From positions 12,772,001-12,836,000 of the forward strand of contig OZ059896.1 of assembly GCA_964057225.1 (NCBI GenBank): a stretch of DNA of 64,000 nt. Direction: 5' to 3'. A model generated the notes under the pieces. It was not told where the DNA came from, did no database searches, and worked only from the letters and a program-made list of their open reading frames with translations. This stretch comes from Auanema rhodensis (lineage: Eukaryota; Animalia; Nematoda). The first letter of the stretch is position 1. Every line of letters begins with the position of its first letter. The translations under genes were made by a program, and so were the position numbers. Of the stretch, positions 57,494 to 64,000 are shown piece after piece.

Positions 57494-57830
57494 CGTTCCA
57501 TTCGGAAATCAATACGTAGCAGGCGGGTTAGAATCAGACGACATGAGGCTGAGAGAGGACGACACGCCCTTCATATGGAACACAGACTTCAGCTTTGCCT
57601 TATGGAATGACTATGGATGGTTGGTCTTCCTTTCTTAGCTCTCTTTCACTTTATATCTTTATGTAGACTTATATAACTTATTGTAATCATGTAGACATAA
57701 TAAACCTTTCTTTCTCGAGTCTTATGTTTATCCATTATGCTCTTTATCTACCGCTACATCTGGAATACTATCACACTCATCTTGTAGGCTTTATTGGTCT
57801 ATAGGATCGACGTGAGAGCATAACGGAACG
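57494..57830 (+). repeat. 3' LTR of element D
   Basis: Identical to the 5' LTR; preceded by GAAAAAATGGCA. Confidence 0.97.
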
Positions 57831-60800
57831 CTATCAAATAGTTTTTGTGGGGTAACAAACTTTCCATATGGTTCTCTCGTTGTATCATGTTGATTTATTT
57901 TCCTTTTTGCGCATGTCAGGCATTGGCTGACGATCTCTTTCGCATCTTCCATCATATTTGTCCAATGGAATCTTCTTGATAATGCTGCATGTGTTCTTTT
58001 GATTCCTTGATGCGCTCCAATTCTTGCGTCTTCATGAAAAAGTTTCACAAGTACTTGATTCAATGTCTTTTGTTTTAGAATCATAATCCTTGGAGTAAGA
58101 TATTGTTTGTTAGGTCGAGCATGCAAAACTCCGTCGATAACAATATATCTATCGCTATTAATCTGTTTAGGTTGTTCCGTTAACATATCAGCAATAGTTT
58201 CCTTAATCCATGGTGTTCCTTGTTGTAACTGAATTAGTTTGTCGGTATCCAGAATTTCCACATTGGTTACATTTATGAGATAGTTGATAGTTTCTTGGAT
58301 ATCCGTTAAACTTGTTGTTGGCGTTGTCTTCTGTAGCTTCGGTTTAGGACCATCGTTAGCTTCGTTGCCTATGTATCTGGATAGTGCATCACATACACTA
58401 TTCATACGTCCTGGACGGTACATAATCACAATATCATATTCCTGAATCATTAACTGATGTTTCGCTAGTCTTCCAATAAGATCTCTTCTACTCATTAGAC
58501 TGGTTAGTGGTCGATGATCCGTTATTAGCTTAGTTGACGTGCCTAAAACATATGTGCGAAATTGTTGTAATGCGTAGACGAGTGCCAAAGCTTCTAATTC
58601 GATAGGTGGGTATTTTCTTTCTGTAGGTGAGAGCTTCCTACTTGCGAACGCAACAGGGTGTAATCCATTGCCTGTGTCTTGTAGTAAGACTGCTCCAATT
58701 GCAATAGTACTAGCGTCACTTTCAATAACAAAAGGTGCTCCATTTGTTGGTGGCTTCAGAACTGGTGCTGTGCATAGAGCTTTCTTGAGAGTCTCGAATG
58801 CTTTTTCACGTTCTTCCGTCCATTCGAAATCTTGATCCTTGTGTGTGAGTTGATACAACGGTTCGGCTATTTTGGCGTAGTCTCTGATGAATCGCCGAAA
58901 ATAATTTGTCATTCCAAGGAATGAACGAATAGCGGTGACCGTTTTAGGAGTTGGAAATTTCTTAACGGCTGTAATTTTTGATGGATCAGGTTGTATTCCA
59001 TCACGACCAATTATAAATCCAAGAAATTTAACTTGTATAGCTGCAAATTTGCATTTACTTAGTTTTGCTTTCATTCCTAATCCTTGTAAAGCTTGTAACA
59101 CTTCTTCTATATCCTCCAGATGTTGTTCGGCTGTGTTTGATATAATGAGTAGGTCATCCAGATAAACAAAAAGTCGACATTTTACTTGATTTTGCAAATA
59201 GCGAACAGCTGATTGAAATGTATGTGGAGCTCCACAGAGACCCATCGGGATTCTGCAATATTGATAAACTCCTGATGAGGTCACAAATGCAGTGAGGTGA
59301 CGGTCTTCTTCACGTAAAGGAATTTGAAAAAATCCCGATACGAGATCGATGTTTGTGAAGTATCGAGCTCCTGCAGTGCTGTCGATTATTTCTGGTATAT
59401 GAGGAATAGAATAAGTCTGTTTCTGTGTGACACTATTGAGTGTACGGAAGTCCGTTACAAAGCGGAATGAGTTGTCTTTCTTCTTGACTAAGACGACTGG
59501 ACTTGTAAAACTTGATATTGATGTTTCTATTACTCCTTGGTCCAGCATTTCTTTTACTTGACGTTCAACTTCATCCTGTTTACCCAAAGGAACTCGATAT
59601 GATCGAGATTTGGGCAGGTCCATATCGGTTCTCAAAGTGATTGAATGTTCTATTGGTCCTTTGAATAATCCAATGTTCCGATCTTCGTTAAAAAAAGCAT
59701 TTTTGAATCTTCTCAACATAGTTTTGAGATTTTGACGTTGATTTTTAGATAGATCCGTTGATTCGAATTTTAAGTTATCGAAAGGATTCTTCTCAAAAAT
59801 AGGCAATTTATCTGACCAATCAGCTTCTGATGGAATATAGTCCGGTATATGTGGGATTCCCATTTCTTCTGCTATTTTTCCTTTTCCAATAATAGTGTTT
59901 CCTGTTAACTTCACCTTATAATTTGCTGTATTGATGGCAAATATTGTGAGTGGTGAAGTCTTGATAGCAGTAGGTGTGAATTGAATAGGTCCATTTCCAC
60001 ATCGTATAAGAGCGTATTGTTTTGGTTGTAGTTCTTTTGCCAATTGTAGACGAATCATAGCTTTAGTTCGGGGTGGAATAATAGATTCTCTAATGTTTAT
60101 AATGGACACGGTGTCTGAACTGATGCGAAAGCTCTTTTGGTTAGCGGATAATAATGGTAGAAAATGGTTTCCAACTATTAATTGCTTGCGTAAAGCTTGT
60201 AGAGAAGTTGTTATTCCTTTTTCTTCTAATGCTTTCATGATGTCCAAACCAAGTAACATTTCAGTAGGACAATGTTTATCCTCAGAGATTAAAAATGTGT
60301 GTGAAAGATGGTATCCAGCAATAACAATGTCCAACGTTATTGTACCCAGAAAGTTGAATATTGATCCATTTGCTGCGGTAGCAGAGATTTTAGTTGAGTT
60401 GAAATTCTCTTTTCTTAAATAGCGTACTGATGATTCCTTCAAATATGAAACAGATGCTCCGCTATCCCATAAAGCTACGAGTCTTCTGCCTTCTGCTTCA
60501 ATTCTTATATATGGGAGTTCTCTTTTGTTCGTTGCACAGCATCCAACAAAAGGTATAATAATAGGAATAAAAGTGATGACAGTAGGAAAATATCTTCGAA
60601 TAGTTTCGTCGTCGGCTGGAACATTGATGTCAGCGTTGAGTAGTTCGTGTTGTTCAACTGCATTCACATTTAAGATAGGAACTTTCTCTTTGATATAAGA
60701 TACAACAATAATGTATAATGCTGATCCAAAGATTAATATAACTATCATAACACCTGCAGAGATAAACATTCTGTTGAGGGATCCAACAAAGAAATCAACT

Positions 60801-60886
60801 CCTCGTTCCCATAGTGATGATGCAATATTTTGAGTAGAACTAAAAAGTTCGTTACTTTTTGTAAACCATTCGGATAAGCCTGGCAA
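57831..60886 (-). pseudogene. pol: Env TM, protease, RT, RNase H and integrase N-terminus of element E
   Basis: TM ISAGVMIVILIFGSALYIIVV is in frame with LWDSGASVSY, YLDD, ESDAS and CLTC. Confidence 0.92.
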
Positions 60887-60949
60887 ATTCGCTTGATTCG
60901 TGATAACTCGTAGAAAATTTCTATGAGGATTGGTAGCGAAAATGTGTCC

Positions 60950-63010
60950 TTATGTTAGGCTTATTGTTCTAACTAAGTTTTCATCGGTGATATTTTCATA
61001 AAGATTTCTTTGTGAAAATCGAATGGCTGCTAGATCGGGATACTGATCTGAACCAATGTTTAAAGCAGTTACGTTTGTAACTCCGTTGAGGGATTTCCAT
61101 TCTCCATCCTCTTTCCATATATCATTTTCTACTGTTTCACATGGAATTTCAGTTCTATATGCTTCCAAATCTGCTGAATCTTGAGGTGCAAAGTAGAGGC
61201 GGTCATCATCCGTGATGACGGGTGTTTCTAAATAACACTTATCTTTGTATGTGTGGTTGCGATAAATGTGAATTGGTTCTATTGGCTGACAGGTTGAAAC
61301 CCGAATAAGATTCCGCCCAATTATTCGAGCCACTATATCATCTTGTTGCATAATAGATCTGATAGCAATTGTAGGATTGATATTAAATATAGCTTGCCAT
61401 GTCTTAATAAGTTCAAGTTGAGCATGACATATGCTGTGATGTTGATGATGAAATTCTTCGACCAGTATGGTTCTCATTCGTTCAAATCCATAGTTGAGTT
61501 TGTTGATGGTAGTTAATGCATCTCGATGTCGAAGTATAGTGTTCTGGTGATCAGTTAAGTGAGTGCCGAATAATTCTTGAGCTTTCTCTTTGCTTCCAAT
61601 CATGGGTTGCATTGATGTCATCCCTTGAATAGTACTAATTGTTTGTTTTGTAGTAGATGATGTATTTACAACAGGTTTTGAGGTAGCACTAAGAAATCGT
61701 GCAGTTGGCGTAGTTTTAGTGGTGATAGAGCGACTGAATACTCTTTTTGTAATCTCTTCAGGTGCTGGTTTTGAAAACCATGACATTAAATCAGTTAATT
61801 GTTTAGCGTCAATATTGATGTTACGGCTGTAGAGATCTTCTTTATTCGAAAGCATCGGTATTCCAAAAATGGTTTCTCGGCTTCTGAGTGTCAAGTTATC
61901 CAACAGCTTTAATTTCATTGCATATACTTGATCTTTCACTTGTCGTTGCATAAAATGACTATGAAAGAACAGTTTCATTCGATAATATTCTATCAGTTGA
62001 GGTTGAGAATACTGATAGCGTAGTTCACGAAGTAATTCTTTTGCTTTATATACCACAGAACGTGGATCTCCAAATGTGAAGTTGAGATAGTTTTGATATA
62101 CTGTGAATATCAAAAATTCGAGTGGTGGCACATATTCTGTTTCGGATAAGATTGCAGGTATTTGTATCAATTCCCATAATTTATCTCTTGCAACCAAAAT
62201 TGTAGAATTGCCTGGTTTAACTATTCTTTTTATATAATTGATAGGAAGTCGGTGTGCTAGTTGACCGATGACAAAACTAGGCTCCATTTGTTCGATCCAC
62301 ATTTTTGTAATCATCTTGCTTTCTTCTCCTCCTAGAGCATGTAGTAAGAGAATATTCGGATCGCGGAAGTCTTTTAAATTTGCCCAGTAATCTATAGTGT
62401 GCTTGGGGTGTGGGTGTTTTCCAAACTACTGAACCATCTCCAAATGTACAGCTTCCCATTTGAGCTTTACAGCCTTCTGCGTTGACAATTAAGTCAGATA
62501 CAATAGTATTGTCCTTTAAATTTGTAATAACTCCTCGCTCCATCACAAATTGAGTTAAGTTGGCGCATTAAGTAAAACTGAAGAAACGTTCCGGTTCATA
62601 TACTGGCTTAGGAGCTTCATATGTAAGTGGATTAGCGCTCAACAGTTTTTCATTTTTCCATTTCTTGTCTCGAGCAGCTATACGGCATTCTTCTACAGAT
62701 ACATATCCATTACCAATGATGGTGTCGTTGTTTTCTCGGAACCAAAATTGATCCGTTACACATAATCGATAGATGCGTGTATAACACTTCCACGCTTCCC
62801 ATGTTACGACGGTTTGTTTAGGAATGAACAATTCAACGTTAACTTGATGAGCTTGTTGAATTGCTTTCCGTTGGCATCCTGTTATCTCTGGTGGTGTCAT
62901 CAGAAATCCTCCTTTATGAGCTAAACATAGTTGATATGAAGCATTCACAGTGGGAAGCAGAAATGTGCAGATTATTGTTGTGAGCAGGAATGGTAATGCA
63001 ATAGTATTTA
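60950..63010 (-). pseudogene. env: gB-like env of element E
   Basis: ASYQLC, WEAWKC..FWF..EC, KLNY..ICHAQLELIKTW..NPTIAIR..STC..CYLETPV. Confidence 0.82.
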
Positions 63011-64000
63011 TATTGAATCGAGGTTTCCATCGTCTTTGATTGCCTTGATTCTCTTTTGGATAATTGTCGCGATTATTCCTAGAAAAGTTGTCTCGATTTT
63101 CTCTTTGATAATTGTTGCGAGTTTCTCTCTCGAATGATGATGACTCTCCATTGAGTAGTTGTTTCCATAATTTTGTCGAGGGCCAGAGTTCCTGCTGAAT
63201 TTATTTTTGAAATTCCTCCAAGGGTTTCTTGAATTGTTGCCATTGTTCCGTTCGAAATCTCGTGGCTGCTGATGGTTTTACTGCAGAAATCAACTCTTGC
63301 ATAGTTGAGTTTTCTTCATGCTGTTTCTTATAGTTAGCACGAATTGCTTCTTCAAAACGTGCTGTCCTTTTTGCTTCCTCAAAAGTCTTCGGATCTTTTC
63401 CTTGAACAATTATGCCTAAATCAGCGTTCAATCCATTTAAGAAAGCTGATCTTAATATGAGCTCTCTTTCTCGATCAGTTGGGCTCATAATACTGGAAGC
63501 CATTTCTTCCAAGTATGAGGCAAACTGAGTAACAGTTTTCTCTCCTTGCGTCGAGCGTAGCAACTTCGCGATCGTGAAATTCCTTTCCGTGGCAGGGCAA
63601 AGTAACTCTGCCAATTGTGAAACAAGGTCTTTCCAAGGCCCTCGTTCACGAATTTCGGAAGGAATCGAGTTATATGCAGAGATCGCAGAATCATTCTGCT
63701 GAAGCAGCAGAGGAAGAATCGTATTTGGGGCAGTGTGGACTGCCTAGAACTTTTGTTAAGGTTTTGGTCAACTCTGGAGATGCCATTAAATTAGGCGTTT
63801 CCAGAGTTGAATCTCTGTTTGATTGCTCATGTGGTCTCATGTTGAGTAGGAGCTTCAGAGGTAGTTTTTCGCGCTGGGGAGTTTTTTCTTCTTTCGGTGT
63901 TACAGCCAAGTGTGTTGGCGTTTTTTCGTCGTCCAATGGACTTAAATCGTTGTCAAACGAGTCGTCACTATCGGGAAAAGGAAATCGAGAAATACGATTT
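63011..64000 (-). pseudogene. gag: Gag of element E (partial, frameshifted)
   Basis: SPHCPKYD, ILRSAFLNGL, ARFEE. Confidence 0.8.

Larger units (their letters stand above)
46367..57830 (+). mobile_element. Element D: intact Ty3/Gypsy-type endogenous virus, 11464 bp, identical 337-bp LTRs, CTAT TSD
   Basis: LTRs 46367-46703 and 57494-57830; TSD 46363-46366 and 57831-57834. Removing D restores E integrase KLFDRIHMDVTGP. Confidence 0.97.
45104..64000 (-). mobile_element. Element E: degenerate Ty3/Gypsy gag-env-pol element, split by element D and running off the window end
   Basis: 3' LTR 45104-45479; integrase 45480-46366 continues at 57831; pol/TM to 60886; env 60950-62948; gag from 63201 onward. 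Confidence 0.92.

Overview
AT-rich eukaryotic DNA, probably from a nematode (inferred from the 5S rRNA, the tRNA-Gln sequence and a 51-nt GT..TTTTAG intron). I found no ordinary host protein-coding gene. The background is a decaying RNA polymerase III gene cluster: a tandem tRNA-Gln(CTG) repeat (units of about 877 and 781 bp, plus a tRNA-less 529-bp derivative) and remnants of a 5S rDNA repeat. Nested retroelements fill most of the window. (1) Four long copies (A, B, D, E) and one terminal fragment of a Ty3/Gypsy-type endogenous-virus family. It places a class III (herpesvirus gB-like) envelope BETWEEN gag and protease in a single polyprotein. It has a tRNA-Gln primer-binding site, 4-bp target-site duplications (TSDs) and mostly non-canonical CG-terminated LTRs. 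Copy D (46367-57830) is intact, with identical LTRs and a 2894-codon ORF. (2) BEL/Pao elements with phlebovirus Gc-like (class II) envelopes. (3) A degenerate CR1-like LINE. Copy A also carries a spliced antisense cargo gene in its leader. All homology calls are by-eye motif recognition, not database searches.
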